Origin: Candidatus Dormiibacterota bacterium
GTDB taxonomy: Bacteria > Chloroflexota > Dormibacteria > Aeolococcales > Bog-877
DNA length: 64,000 nucleotides
Reading direction: 5' to 3'
NCBI GenBank assembly: GCA_963804565.1
Contig: CAWDQV010000001.1
Location: 1,045,365-1,109,364, forward strand
Positions 18,400-28,037 of the stretch are shown piece by piece. The first letter of the stretch is position 1. The number at the start of each line of letters is the position of its first letter. Position numbers and translations under genes: made by a program. Below the pieces are notes generated by a model, which worked only from the letters and a program-made list of their open reading frames with translations, was not told where the DNA came from and did no database searches.

Positions 18400-19074
18400 A
18401 GCTGTCCAGGGCCATCAGCATCTGCTGCTGGAAGGCGAGGCGGTCGACAAGGTCGGACGGCGAGGCGCGATTGCTCTCGCCCGAGAGGTGGCGCTGGATC
18501 CAGGGCGGGATCGGTCGAGACCAGGTGGTTCGTTCCTGCGGACAGGATCACCGTCTCGGGGTGGTCGTCCTCGACCCGCAACCCGACCCGCAGCAGGATT
18601 CCGGTGCGGTTCGCGAGCGCCCAAATCCGCTCCCAGTGGCCCGGGATCCTGGCGCATCCGATCCGGGCGGGTGTAGCGGATGGCGGGGTCGTTGATGATG
18701 CTCATGTTGGAGTCGCCCCAGCGCACCAGCCGCTCGACCACCGGCTCGTCGAGGTCGCGGGAGACCCACATGCACCAGGGAGGCACACCGGTTGTCCAGG
18801 TCCGGGGGGATGAACCTGCGTTCCCTGCCGCATTGCCATCGCCAGCACCTCGACGATGCTCGCGTGGCGCAGGCAGTAGGCCCTTCCCTCCACCACCTTC
18901 AGGTGATCCTTGCAGGCCACCCAGGAGCAGTCCACCGCCCGCCGGTCCCGATATAGGCAGCGATAGGCTTCCTGCTCGCGAACACCCGGGCTGGTCGCAT
19001 CCACCTCCCTCGGGTTCGCCGTACCGCACGGGGATCTCCTGTTCGAGGGTGGGTCTGGTGGACGGATTGGCCAT
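18400..19074 (-). pseudogene. remnant of an unidentified gene (about 200 aa of protein-like sequence spread over three frames)
   Basis: Protein-like minus-strand segments are EAYRCLYRDRRAVDCSWVACKDHLKVVEGRAYCLRHASIVEVLA (frame mod 2), then PWCMWVSRDLDEPVVERLVRWGDSNMSIINDPAIRYTRPDRMRQDPG (mod 0), then HWERIWALANRTGILLRVGLRVEDDHPETVILSAGTNHLV (mod 2), then SDLVDRLAFQQQMLMALDSYMEKN (mod 1). No single intact ORF exists and the family was not recognised. Confidence 0.35.
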
Positions 19075-19255
19075 GTTTTAGCGCCTCCCTGGGCTGATTC
19101 ATCGAGGGCCATGTGCCCGTTGGGGGCGAAGCGACGGGGGCCGCAATCGCACTTGCACGGACAACTTGGGGCGAAGATAGCAGAGGAACTGAGGCTGGGC
19201 AAGGGATTTGCCAAGGGGTCGATTACTTGTGACAGTCTCCGTTAGTCGTACTGCT

Positions 19256-20815
19256 TCAGGGTAGAAGTCGGTAGGCGGGGATTGTCATGAACGGCACGAA
19301 GTTCGGATCCAGCGCTACCTCGGTGAACAGCTCAGCCGCCTCCCGATGATCGTCGCCTAGCTCCGCCAGCACCTCGTCGCGGATTGCCAGGACCTGTTCT
19401 CGAGTGACCTTTCGGTGGTGGACCCACTGCCAGATCTGGGAACGGGAGATCTCAGCGGTGGCGGCGTCTTCCATGAGGTTGTTGATCGCCGCCGCCCCCA
19501 CACCCCGGAGCCACGAGCTGAGGTACTGAATGCCCACCGAGACGTTGAGCCGCAGCCCAGCGTCTGTGATCTCTCCTGGTGTAGCCGCCACGTTGAGCAA
19601 CTCACCCGCTGTGATCTCCACCTCCTCGCGCCGTCGCTCCAGCTGGTGCGGCCGATCGCCCAGCACCTCGTCGAACACCCTTTCGCGACCGGGACCAGGT
19701 CCGGGTGGGCGACCCAGGTGCCGTCGAAGCCGTCGCCGGCCTCGCGAAGCTTGTCCTCGCGCACCTTCTCTAGCGCCAGCTGGTTGAGGGCGGCGTCGCG
19801 GCGGCTGGGGACGAAGGCGGCCATCCCGCCGATGGCGTGGGCGCGGCGCCGCGTGGCATGTCTTTACCAGGAGCTCGGTGTAGGCCCGCATGAAGGGAAC
19901 TGTCATTGACCACCGAACCGCGATCGGGGAGGATGAACGCGAGGGTCGTCGCGAAACTTCTTGATGATCGAGAACATGTAGTCCCAGCGCCCGGCATTCA
20001 GTCCGGTTGAGCGCTCCTGAAGCTCGTACAGGATCTCCTCCATCTCAAAAGCGGCGAGCACCGTCTCGATCAGGACGGTCGCTCTGATGGCACCTCTGGG
20101 GATCCCTAGATGGTCCTCCGCGAGGCGGCAGGCATCATTCCAGAGCCGCGCCTCCAGATGGCTCTCCAGCTTGGGCAGGTAGAGGTAGGGACCCGACCCT
20201 CGCTTCAGCAGCCTGGAGGCGCAATGGAACGTGAAGAGCCCGAAGTCGAATAAGCTGGCCGAGACCGGCTCTCCATCCACCAGTAGGTGCTTTTCCGGGA
20301 GGTGCCACCCCCTGGGTCGCACCACCAGAGTGGCGGTGCTCGGGTTGAGCTGGTAGCTCTTTCCCGCCGATTCCAGTGCAATGGTCCGCTCGACCGCGTC
20401 GATCAGGTTGCCCTTGGCCTTCCAGGCAGTTGGACCAGGTTGGCGAGTTGGCGTCCTCGAAATCGGCCATAAAGACGCTGGCCCCGGAATTGAGAGCGTT
20501 GATCATCATCTTCCGTTCGACTGGCCCGGTGATCTCCACCCGACGGTCGACCAGATCGGATGGCGGCGGCGCCACGTTCCAGCTCCTGTCCTCCCGGACC
20601 GTTCTGGTATCGGCCAGGAAGTCGGGCAGCTGACCTCGGTCCAGCTGCGCCTGCCGGACCTCGCGCGACCGCAGGAGCGCCTCCCGGGTTGGGCCCAATT
20701 CACGTTGCAGACGTGCCACCAGGGCCAGCGCCTCGGGGGTGAGCACCCGCTTCCCGGCCGCGCCCCCGTCTTGGACGATCTCGATCCCCGGGATGGGTTC
20801 GTCGGCAGCTGTCAC
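19256..20815 (-). pseudogene. aceB: malate synthase A (AceB), disrupted by at least 4 frameshifts
   Basis: The N-terminal segment is [20 protein letters not shown] (frame mod 1). The middle is [14 protein letters not shown]...[46 protein letters not shown] (mod 0). Then [14 protein letters not shown] (mod 1), [15 protein letters not shown]...[16 protein letters not shown] (mod 0), and the C-terminus [22 protein letters not shown]...FMTIPAYRLLP (mod 1). All are collinear with malate synthase A. One junction (after KTCH) looks like a single inserted G outside a long homopolymer. Confidence 0.8.
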
Positions 20816-22128
20816 GCGGATGGGGTCGTCTCGAACTGCGCCTCCTCGGTTGACCCCTGAAGGGCGAGGGTGGCGCTCTCACCGCCGGTGACGGTCTCCA
20901 GAACCGCGTCGAAGTAGCCTGCTCCGACTTCAGACTGATGGCGGGTCGAGGTGTAGCCCCTTTGCTCCAGTTCGAACTCGCGCTGCTGTAGACGGACGTA
21001 GGCGGTCATGCCCTCCTCCTCGTATCCCTTGGCCAGCTCGAACATGGAGCTGTTGGCGACGTGAAAGCCGGCCAGGGTCACGAATTGGAAGCGGTAGCCG
21101 AGCTCTCCCAGCTTCCACTGGAAGTCGGCGACCTCGGCATCGTTGAGATGCTTCTTCCAATTGAACGAGGGGGAGCAGTTGTAGGCCAGGATCTTCTCGG
21201 GGTACTTCCGATGGATCGCCCTGGCGAACTGAGCGGCTTCATCGAGGTTGGGGGTGGAGGTCTCGAACCAGAGGGCGTCGACGTAGGGTGCAAAGGCGAG
21301 TCCGCGAGCAATCACCGGATCAATCCCAGGACGTATCCGATAGAAACCCTCAGAGGTCCTCTCGCCGGTCAGGAAGGGCTTGTCCCGCGGGTCAACATCA
21401 CTGGTCAACAAGGTGGCGCTCAAGGCGTCGGTTCTCGCCACCAAGACGGTCGGGATGTCGAGTACATCACTGGCTAACCGGGCAGCTACCAATGTCCGTT
21501 CGAACTGGCTGGTCGGGATCAGAACCTTTCCACCAAGATGGCCGCACTTCTTCTCCGAGGCGAGTTGGTCCTCGAAGTGGACCCCGGCCACTCCGTTCTC
21601 GATCATCGACTTCATAAGTTCGAATGCGTGGAGTGGCCCACCAAACCCAGCTTCGGCGTCGGCCACGATAGGCACCACCCAATCACCGTCGTGGTGCCCC
21701 TCCGCCCAGGCGATCTGGTCGGCTCGGAGCATCGCGTTGTTGAGCCGGCGGGCGAGCGCGGGGGCGCTGTTGGCGGGATAGAGGCTCTGGTCTGGATAGG
21801 TTTCTCCGGAAAGGTTGGCATCGGCGGCTACCTGCCAGCCCGAGAGGTAGATCGCCTTCAGCCCGGCCTTGACCATCTGGACAGCCTGCTGGCCGGTCAG
21901 CGCGCCGAGGGCGGGTACGTAACCAGACGTGGTCAGCATCTCGAAGAGCCGTTCCGCACCACGGCGGGCCAGCGTGTGCTCAACGTGCACCGAGCCGCGT
22001 AGCCGGACCACCTCCTCGGCGGAATAGGGGCGGAAGACTGTCTTCCAGCGATCCGAATCCCAGCTCTGCAGGAGCTGCTCTGCGGGGCCAGGTTCTCTGC
22101 CGTTCGTATGCGCCGAGGTCGGTGTCAT
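20812..22128 (-). CDS. aceA: isocitrate lyase
   Basis: 438 aa, intact, with catalytic motif [11 protein letters not shown] and typical ICL sequence throughout. Its stop overlaps the aceB start by 4 nt. Confidence 0.95.
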   Translation of the reverse strand: MTPTSAHTNGREPGPAEQLLQSWDSDRWKTVFRPYSAEEVVRLRGSVHVEHTLARRGAERLFEMLTTSGYVPALGALTGQQAVQMVKAGLKAIYLSGWQVAADANLSGETYPDQSLYPANSAPALARRLNNAMLRADQIAWAEGHHDGDWVVPIVADAEAGFGGPLHAFELMKSMIENGVAGVHFEDQLASEKKCGHLGGKVLIPTSQFERTLVAARLASDVLDIPTVLVARTDALSATLLTSDVDPRDKPFLTGERTSEGFYRIRPGIDPVIARGLAFAPYVDALWFETSTPNLDEAAQFARAIHRKYPEKILAYNCSPSFNWKKHLNDAEVADFQWKLGELGYRFQFVTLAGFHVANSSMFELAKGYEEEGMTAYVRLQQREFELEQRGYTSTRHQSEVGAGYFDAVLETVTGGESATLALQGSTEEAQFETTPSA

Positions 22129-22495
22129 GGCACCATGCCTCCTTTCCGAGGGCGATCGAGACTAGGGGAAGTGTTTGATCTTGGCTCCGCGCCAACGACT
22201 GCCGCGGACTTGGTCCGGTCGCGGCTGCGCGCCTGCTGTGGCCAGCTGGCGAGATGATCGCCGGCTTTCTGACGGTGCCCTCCCTGCTCCATCGGCAGAT
22301 CCTAGGGGCGAACCCGACGGCTGTCAATAATCGGCAGGTGGTTGCTTTGGGCGCGTCGGTAAGACGCGATGGCCAACCAAGGAGTTCGCGTGCGGACCCA
22401 TCCTCAGCCGATCGAGTGGACCTCGGCTGATCTAATTGAAGGCGCAAGAGTACTTTCGGGAACCGTCCACCGCCAGTTGGCGTCATCTTGAGTCG

Positions 22496-23116
22496 ATGCG
22501 CAAGCCCTCGGAGTACGCGCGGCGGCTGCGACTTCCTCTGTCGCTATCAACGCTATCGACGCTCGTGCTCGTCTGTGCTGCATGCGGTGTCTCTGCGCAG
22601 CCCTGGAGCTTCCACACCTCGGGTCCATCGATACGCTTGCTCACGTCGGGAGTGTGCCCGCAGTCTCTTGGATCGGCACGCGAGGTCAGCAACTACGGTG
22701 CCTGGCGCTTCAGCGAGCTGGTGCCCGGTTCGCCAGTGGATGGCCTTATCTGTCGATACGCCGCTGCTTCGGTCTTGTCTCCAGATGCCCATCTGCAGCC
22801 GACGCTCGATGTCCAGGTTCGGCTGGATCGTGCGCAGGCGACGAGGCTTGCCGATGTGGTCCGAAGGCTCAACACCGAGAAACCGGTGGGGACGTATCAC
22901 TGCCCTGCGGACTTTGAGAGCGCGACGCTCATCGCCTTCGCTTACTCGCATGGCAGCGACGCCGATCTCTGGTTCTCCGACACAGGCTGCGAAACTTTGG
23001 ACAACGGCTCCATCGGGGCCGCCGCGGCCGGCCATCCGGCCTTCGGTACGCGGTTTGCCTCCCTGGTCAACAAACTTGCCCCTCCAAGCAGACTCAGAGT
23101 CCCCTATGTGGGCTGA
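22496..23116 (+). CDS. hypothetical secreted protein / possible lipoprotein
   Basis: N-terminal signal peptide MRKPSEYARRLRLPLSLSTLSTLVLVCAACGV with Cys near the cleavage region. The overlapping frame 22488-23174 is Arg-rich junk. The segment has locally lower GC (about 58-60%). Confidence 0.45.
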   Translation: MRKPSEYARRLRLPLSLSTLSTLVLVCAACGVSAQPWSFHTSGPSIRLLTSGVCPQSLGSAREVSNYGAWRFSELVPGSPVDGLICRYAAASVLSPDAHLQPTLDVQVRLDRAQATRLADVVRRLNTEKPVGTYHCPADFESATLIAFAYSHGSDADLWFSDTGCETLDNGSIGAAAAGHPAFGTRFASLVNKLAPPSRLRVPYVG

Positions 23117-23263
23117 CTTCTTCTGCCCACTCCGCGCGGGTACCAACACTGTCGCCAGCTCTACCGCCGACTGACCGCGCGCTCAATGAGCACACAGAAC
23201 TAGCGTTCTGCGAGTCCGCTCGACTGCGCGATGTCGGTCGGGCGTCGTAGCGTGATTCACCGC

Positions 23264-23785
23264 TCATTGGCGCTTCACGATCCGGGTCCGGCGTCGGGGG
23301 CGTGCGCCGCCCAACCCATCCTTGGCAACAACGCTGATGGAACCGTCCGGCTCGAGTTCGACGCGCGTGGTCTGCGAGACATCCTCCACCCCGTGTTCGC
23401 GTAGCGCCTCATCGGCGTCCTCGATATCGAGCCCCTGGCTGCTGAGCGCGCCGGGATTCCAACGACCACCGGAGGCGAGAACCTTCGAGGAAGGCTGGAG
23501 AATTTGCCGAAGCAGAGGACTGTGCAAGCGGCCCTGCCCCACTGTCCAGTTGACCGCCAGCAGGGTGCCGATGATCAGCAGCCCCCCGAAAAGCGAGCTG
23601 TCGGGCCCGGTCATCGCGGGTTGTACAGCGTTGGCCACCAGCAGCACCAGGACCAGGTCGAAGATCGTCATCTGACCGAGCTCGCGCTTGCCGAAGAGTC
23701 GGAGTCCGACGATCATCACGAGGTAGATGGTCAGGCAGCGGACCACGATGTCCCAGGGGGCGATAGCGAGGTGAGTCAGGTCCAT
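23264..23785 (-). CDS. DUF421 (YetF-like) membrane protein
   Basis: MDLTHLAIAPWDIVVRCLTIYLVMIVGLRLFGKRELGQMTIFDLVLVLLVANAV matches the conserved N-terminus of DUF421/YetF proteins. The start is taken at the internal Met (the listed ORF begins at 23827). Confidence 0.7.
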   Translation of the reverse strand: MDLTHLAIAPWDIVVRCLTIYLVMIVGLRLFGKRELGQMTIFDLVLVLLVANAVQPAMTGPDSSLFGGLLIIGTLLAVNWTVGQGRLHSPLLRQILQPSSKVLASGGRWNPGALSSQGLDIEDADEALREHGVEDVSQTTRVELEPDGSISVVAKDGLGGARPRRRTRIVKRQ

Positions 23786-24038
23786 GGCAACTCTCCGATG
23801 TTGGGAAGCGGCCGGTGACGGCCGCATACCGGCTTTTCGACGAGTTGATGATCAGCGCCCAAGACCGTCTGGTGTGCACGGAGTTCTGACCGGAGTCGCG
23901 CTGGACGCTATAGTGCGACTTCGCGTCGAGGTAGGTCCATGACTGAGAGGATCGGTACCGCCGGCGCTGAGCGGCGGACGGTATCGGATCGGTGCCAGTC
24001 ACCGCGCCTACCCGCCCGCCGCGCTGGCTAGCGGAGCG

Positions 24039-24755
24039 TCAGGCCGAGGGCGGCCTCCGGCGCGGACTGCGGCGCCTTGGATTAGGTCCGGTCAAGCTCG
24101 TGCCGCAGGCCGAGCAGAATCGTGCGTCGGCTTGGTTGATTCGACCGCAGTTGGGGCACAGCCCGGCTGGTGGCGGCGGCGGAGGAGTCTCGGGCGGGAT
24201 AGTGACCGCGCCTTCCGACCCACCTCTGTGGGGTGCGTCCTCTTCCCAGATCAACCAGTGGGCAACTCCACCCAGCCCGATCAAGATGGCCAGGGCGAGG
24301 GAGATCCAGAGGAAGGTGCCTCCGTAGAGGAGCGGGCCAGCCGTGAGGTGCATCCAGGTCAGCCGCGCCGCCACGTTGACCACGGTGAAGACCAGCAGTG
24401 CGAAGGCGAGCGCCGCGCTGATCAGACTCCGATAGCCGGCCCCGAGCCCCACGGCGATGCGGGCCACCCGGGTCGCCTCCCAGAGAACCAAAACCGCAGC
24501 CAAAACCCCAGCGACCGTGCCGGCGCCTCCCCAGCCGTATGTCTGGGACCCGCAGAGGACCGAACCGATGTGAAGTGCCGCCGGGTGGAATGGTGCCCGT
24601 CCGGGCCGGAAGGGTGTGATCACCGTGGTGGCGCACATCTGCGACCAGGGCAGAAATAGATCGACGAAGTAAAGGAAGGCCAGGGCAGCGAGAACAGTCC
24701 CCTCGGCGGCCCACCTCGTGCCCCTCTGCGAGATGCTCATTGAACGTTCCTCCAT
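24039..24755 (-). CDS. hypothetical polytopic membrane protein with a C-terminal Pro-rich linker and zinc ribbon
   Basis: About six hydrophobic helices, then PPETPPPPPPAGLCPNCGRINQADARFCSACGTSL. It lies 48 bp downstream of purH, co-oriented. The overlapping 354-aa frame (24082-25146) is Arg/Gly-rich and rejected. Confidence 0.55.
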   Translation of the reverse strand: MEERSMSISQRGTRWAAEGTVLAALAFLYFVDLFLPWSQMCATTVITPFRPGRAPFHPAALHIGSVLCGSQTYGWGGAGTVAGVLAAVLVLWEATRVARIAVGLGAGYRSLISAALAFALLVFTVVNVAARLTWMHLTAGPLLYGGTFLWISLALAILIGLGGVAHWLIWEEDAPHRGGSEGAVTIPPETPPPPPPAGLCPNCGRINQADARFCSACGTSLTGPNPRRRSPRRRPPSA

Positions 24756-24803
24756 CCGCTCCCCGAGGCACCATACACAAAAACAGGCGCCCCGGTACCC
24801 CCT

Positions 24804-26345
24804 TTAGTGCCGAAAGTGGCGCCGGCCGGTGGCCACCAGCGCCATTCCAGCGGCATCGGCGGCCTCGAGCACCTCTGCATCTCGCACCGAGCCGCCCGGG
24901 TGGATTGCCGAAGTAACCCCGGCCCGGGCGGCTATTTCGAGCCCGTCGGGCATGGGGAAGAAGGCGTCTGAGGCGAGGGCCGTGCCCAACGCCCTCTCCC
25001 CGGCACGGCTCACCGCCAGCTCCACCGCCTCGACCCGAGACATCTGCCCGGCCCCGATCCCCACCGCCTGGTCGTCGCGGCAGAGCACGATGGCATTGGA
25101 TTTGACCGCCCGCACGATCCGCCAGGCAAGCTTGAGCTGTCGCCACTCATTCCCGGTGGGGGATCGCCGTGAAACCACCCGAAACTCGGCCTCATCGTCA
25201 GTGGGGGGGTCCTGACGCTGAACCAGTAGGCCACCGTCCACGCTGCGAACCTCCAGTCCTCCCGGGCTCGCAGGATCCCTGGTCGAGGCCCGAAGTACCC
25301 GCAGTCGGGGTCGGGCAGCCAGAATCGCCAGCGCTTCGGGCGTTGCCGAGGGAACCACCACCATCTCCAGAAAGTGCTTGGTCAGACCTCGCGCGACGTC
25401 GTCATCGAGGGGACGGTTGAGAGCGACTATTCCGCCGTAGGCAGAGCGGGGATCACAGTCGTAAGCACGTTGGAACGCCTCGACCGCAGTCTCGGCCAGA
25501 GCTACCCCGCAGGGGTTGGTGTGCTTGACCACGACCGCCGCCGTCCCGTCCAGACCCCCAACCAATCGCCAGGCAGCGTCTGCGTCCAACCAGTTGGTGT
25601 ATGAGAGCTCGCCACCCTGCAGCTGAGTCGCTGCTGCCAAGCCCAGCGGGCGCGCACCCGACTGATAGAGAGCTCCAGGTTGGTGAGGGTTCTCGCCATA
25701 ACGGAGCGGTTGGCGCAGTTGACCCCCGATGGTCAGGTGGAGGGGCCATCCGTCCTCGCCGGGGTCGCTCTCGCGAGCCAGATAGGCGGCGATGAGCGAG
25801 TCATAGCTGGAGACGAGCTGGAAGACGGCCGCAGCGAGTCGTCGACGTGACTCGAGTGTGAGCCCTCCCCGCTCCAGCTCGTCCAACACCCACTGGTACT
25901 GGTCGGGCGACGACACCACCGCCACCGAGGCGTAGTTCTTGGCCGCGGCCCGCAGGAGAGTCGGCCCGCCGATATCGATCGCCTCCAGGGCCAAGGGCTC
26001 AGGTGGGCCTGCAGCGACCACCTCAGCAAACGGGTACAGATTGACCACCACAAGGTCGATCGGCCGGTAGCCGAGCCGCTCCAGGGTCGCCATGTCCTCG
26101 GGGCGGTCCCGCCGGGCCAGTATTGCTGCGTGGATCGCCGGGTGGAGGGTTTTGACCCTACCGTCCAGCATCTCCTCGACCCCGGTAACCGCGGCAACCG
26201 GGGTGACCGCCAGGCCCGCCTCTCGCAGCGCCTGCTCGGTTCGGCCGGTGGCGATCAGCTCGAATCCGAGGCGGTCGAGGCCACGGGCGAACTCCGGTAG
26301 GCGCTCCTTGTCGTCCACGCCGAGCAGCGCCCGCAGCGAGCTCAC
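24804..26345 (-). CDS. purH: bifunctional AICAR transformylase / IMP cyclohydrolase PurH
   Basis: 513 aa, with an MGS-like N-domain (GGRVKTLHP) and an AICARFT domain. Confidence 0.95.
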   Translation of the reverse strand: MSSLRALLGVDDKERLPEFARGLDRLGFELIATGRTEQALREAGLAVTPVAAVTGVEEMLDGRVKTLHPAIHAAILARRDRPEDMATLERLGYRPIDLVVVNLYPFAEVVAAGPPEPLALEAIDIGGPTLLRAAAKNYASVAVVSSPDQYQWVLDELERGGLTLESRRRLAAAVFQLVSSYDSLIAAYLARESDPGEDGWPLHLTIGGQLRQPLRYGENPHQPGALYQSGARPLGLAAATQLQGGELSYTNWLDADAAWRLVGGLDGTAAVVVKHTNPCGVALAETAVEAFQRAYDCDPRSAYGGIVALNRPLDDDVARGLTKHFLEMVVVPSATPEALAILAARPRLRVLRASTRDPASPGGLEVRSVDGGLLVQRQDPPTDDEAEFRVVSRRSPTGNEWRQLKLAWRIVRAVKSNAIVLCRDDQAVGIGAGQMSRVEAVELAVSRAGERALGTALASDAFFPMPDGLEIAARAGVTSAIHPGGSVRDAEVLEAADAAGMALVATGRRHFRH

Positions 26346-26977
26346 TCTTGCGCCTCCCCGCGGAAAACTCGACGTCCCTCAACCCGCAGCCGGCCCTCGG
26401 CCAAGAGGGCGATCGCCTGGGGCAGAATCTTCCATTCCTGCTCGTGTATTCGCTGAAGCAGGGTCTCGGCAGTGTCCCCCTGCAACACCGGGACCGCCGC
26501 CTGCAGCACGATGGGCCCGCCATCCAGACGGTCCTCGTCGACCAGGTGCACCGTGCATCCGGTCACTTTTACGCCGTGATCGAGCGCTTCCTGCACCGCG
26601 TTCATGGTCCCAGCGAAGGCCGGCAGGAGGCTGTTGTGAAGGTTCAACACCCGACCTGGAAAGGCGCGGAGCAAGGGCGGGCTGATTATTCGGTCGTAGC
26701 CAGCAAGCACCAGAATCGACACCCCCTGGCCCAGAAGCCAGGCAGCGATGGCCGCGTCTCGGGCTTCCAGGTTCCCTGAGAAATTTGTGGCGGGAAAGGC
26801 CGAGGACGGCACGTCTGCCATTTGGGCGACTTCCAGCGCACCGCTGTTGGGTCTGTTTGAGGCGACCGCGACCACCCGGGCCGGGAAATCTTCCGCGGCA
26901 GCGGCCCCCAGGATCGCTCGCAGGTTGGTGCCGGCCCCCGAGACCAGCACGCCCACCCCGATCCGGGAGCTCTCCAC
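26342..26977 (-). CDS. purN: phosphoribosylglycinamide formyltransferase PurN
   Basis: VLVSGAGTNL...NLHNSLLPAFAG...HLVDE motifs. It overlaps purH by 4 nt. Confidence 0.9.
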   Translation of the reverse strand: MESSRIGVGVLVSGAGTNLRAILGAAAAEDFPARVVAVASNRPNSGALEVAQMADVPSSAFPATNFSGNLEARDAAIAAWLLGQGVSILVLAGYDRIISPPLLRAFPGRVLNLHNSLLPAFAGTMNAVQEALDHGVKVTGCTVHLVDEDRLDGGPIVLQAAVPVLQGDTAETLLQRIHEQEWKILPQAIALLAEGRLRVEGRRVFRGEAQE

Positions 26978-26988
26978 GGCTGGCCGTC

Positions 26989-28008
26989 TCAGTGCAATAG
27001 CACCCGGTCCGGGCCGGATCGCTCTCTCACCTCGCCAATCTCGAAGAAGCCGAACTCAGAAAGATTGGTGCTGGCCACCACCGTTGCAGCTGGCGCCACG
27101 GCGATCATCCCGACACCCATGTTGAAAGAGCGCCACAACTCGTCTTCGGGGATGTCGCCCAGTGCCTGGAGCGCGGAGAAGAGGGGTGGTATCCGCCAAC
27201 TCTGTCGCTCGACAACTCCGGCCATGTCATCGGGTAAGACCCGGGGCAGGTTCTCGATGATGCCTCCCCCTGTGATGTGGGCCAGAGCGTGAACATCGCC
27301 GACCGCGCGCAGTGAGCGAATGGGTTCCAGGTAGGAAGCGTGAACTGCAAGCAGGAGCTCCCCGATCGGAGCGGAGGTTCCCGGCAGCTGGACGTCGTAC
27401 TCCAGCTCATGCGTCGCGAGCAGGTGGCGCACCAAGGAGTATCCGTTGGTGTGGAGTCCGGTGGAAGGCAGCGCCAGGAGGCGGTCACCAGCCTTGACCC
27501 GGGCAGGACCGAGGAGTGACTCAGCCGACGTCATCCCTACCAGGAATCCGGCCAAGTCATAGTCTCCGATCCCGTACACCCCGGGCATCTCAGCCGTCTC
27601 TCCCCCGATCAGCGCGCAGCCGTTGGCCTGGCAGGCCAGAGTCATCCCCTCAGCAAGCTGCTCCAGGACAGTCGCCTCGATCCGACCGCTGGCGAAATAG
27701 TCGAGGAAGAAGAGCGGATCGGCGCCGGTCGTGAGGACGTCGTTCACGCAGTGGTTAACGATGTCCTGGCCGATCCCCTGGTGGCGTCCGACCGCCACCG
27801 CCACCTTGGATTTGGTGCCGACCGAGTCGGTAGAGCTGACCAGAACCGCGTCAGGGGGCAGGTTGTCGCCGAGCTTCCAGACCGCCGCGAACGGCCCGAT
27901 CCCCTCCAACACCGAGGAGTTGTGGGTTCTCGCCGCCAGCGCGGCCACACGTTCGACCGCCGCCCGGGCACGCCCCCGATCCACCCCCGCGTCGGCGTAC
28001 CTGCTCAC
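26989..28008 (-). CDS. purM: phosphoribosylformylglycinamidine cyclo-ligase PurM
   Basis: 339 aa, AIR synthetase family (YADAGVD, GIGQDIVNHCVNDV). Confidence 0.9.
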   Translation of the reverse strand: MSRYADAGVDRGRARAAVERVAALAARTHNSSVLEGIGPFAAVWKLGDNLPPDAVLVSSTDSVGTKSKVAVAVGRHQGIGQDIVNHCVNDVLTTGADPLFFLDYFASGRIEATVLEQLAEGMTLACQANGCALIGGETAEMPGVYGIGDYDLAGFLVGMTSAESLLGPARVKAGDRLLALPSTGLHTNGYSLVRHLLATHELEYDVQLPGTSAPIGELLLAVHASYLEPIRSLRAVGDVHALAHITGGGIIENLPRVLPDDMAGVVERQSWRIPPLFSALQALGDIPEDELWRSFNMGVGMIAVAPAATVVASTNLSEFGFFEIGEVRERSGPDRVLLH

Positions 28009-28037
28009 CTCACCCGCCTGGGCTCTGGAACCTCGGC

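Noticed and set aside
24082-25146. 354-aa minus-strand ORF overlapping the zinc-ribbon membrane protein gene and the purH 3' end
   Set aside because: Its product is Arg/Gly-rich low-complexity. The alternative frame gives a coherent polytopic membrane protein with a zinc ribbon.
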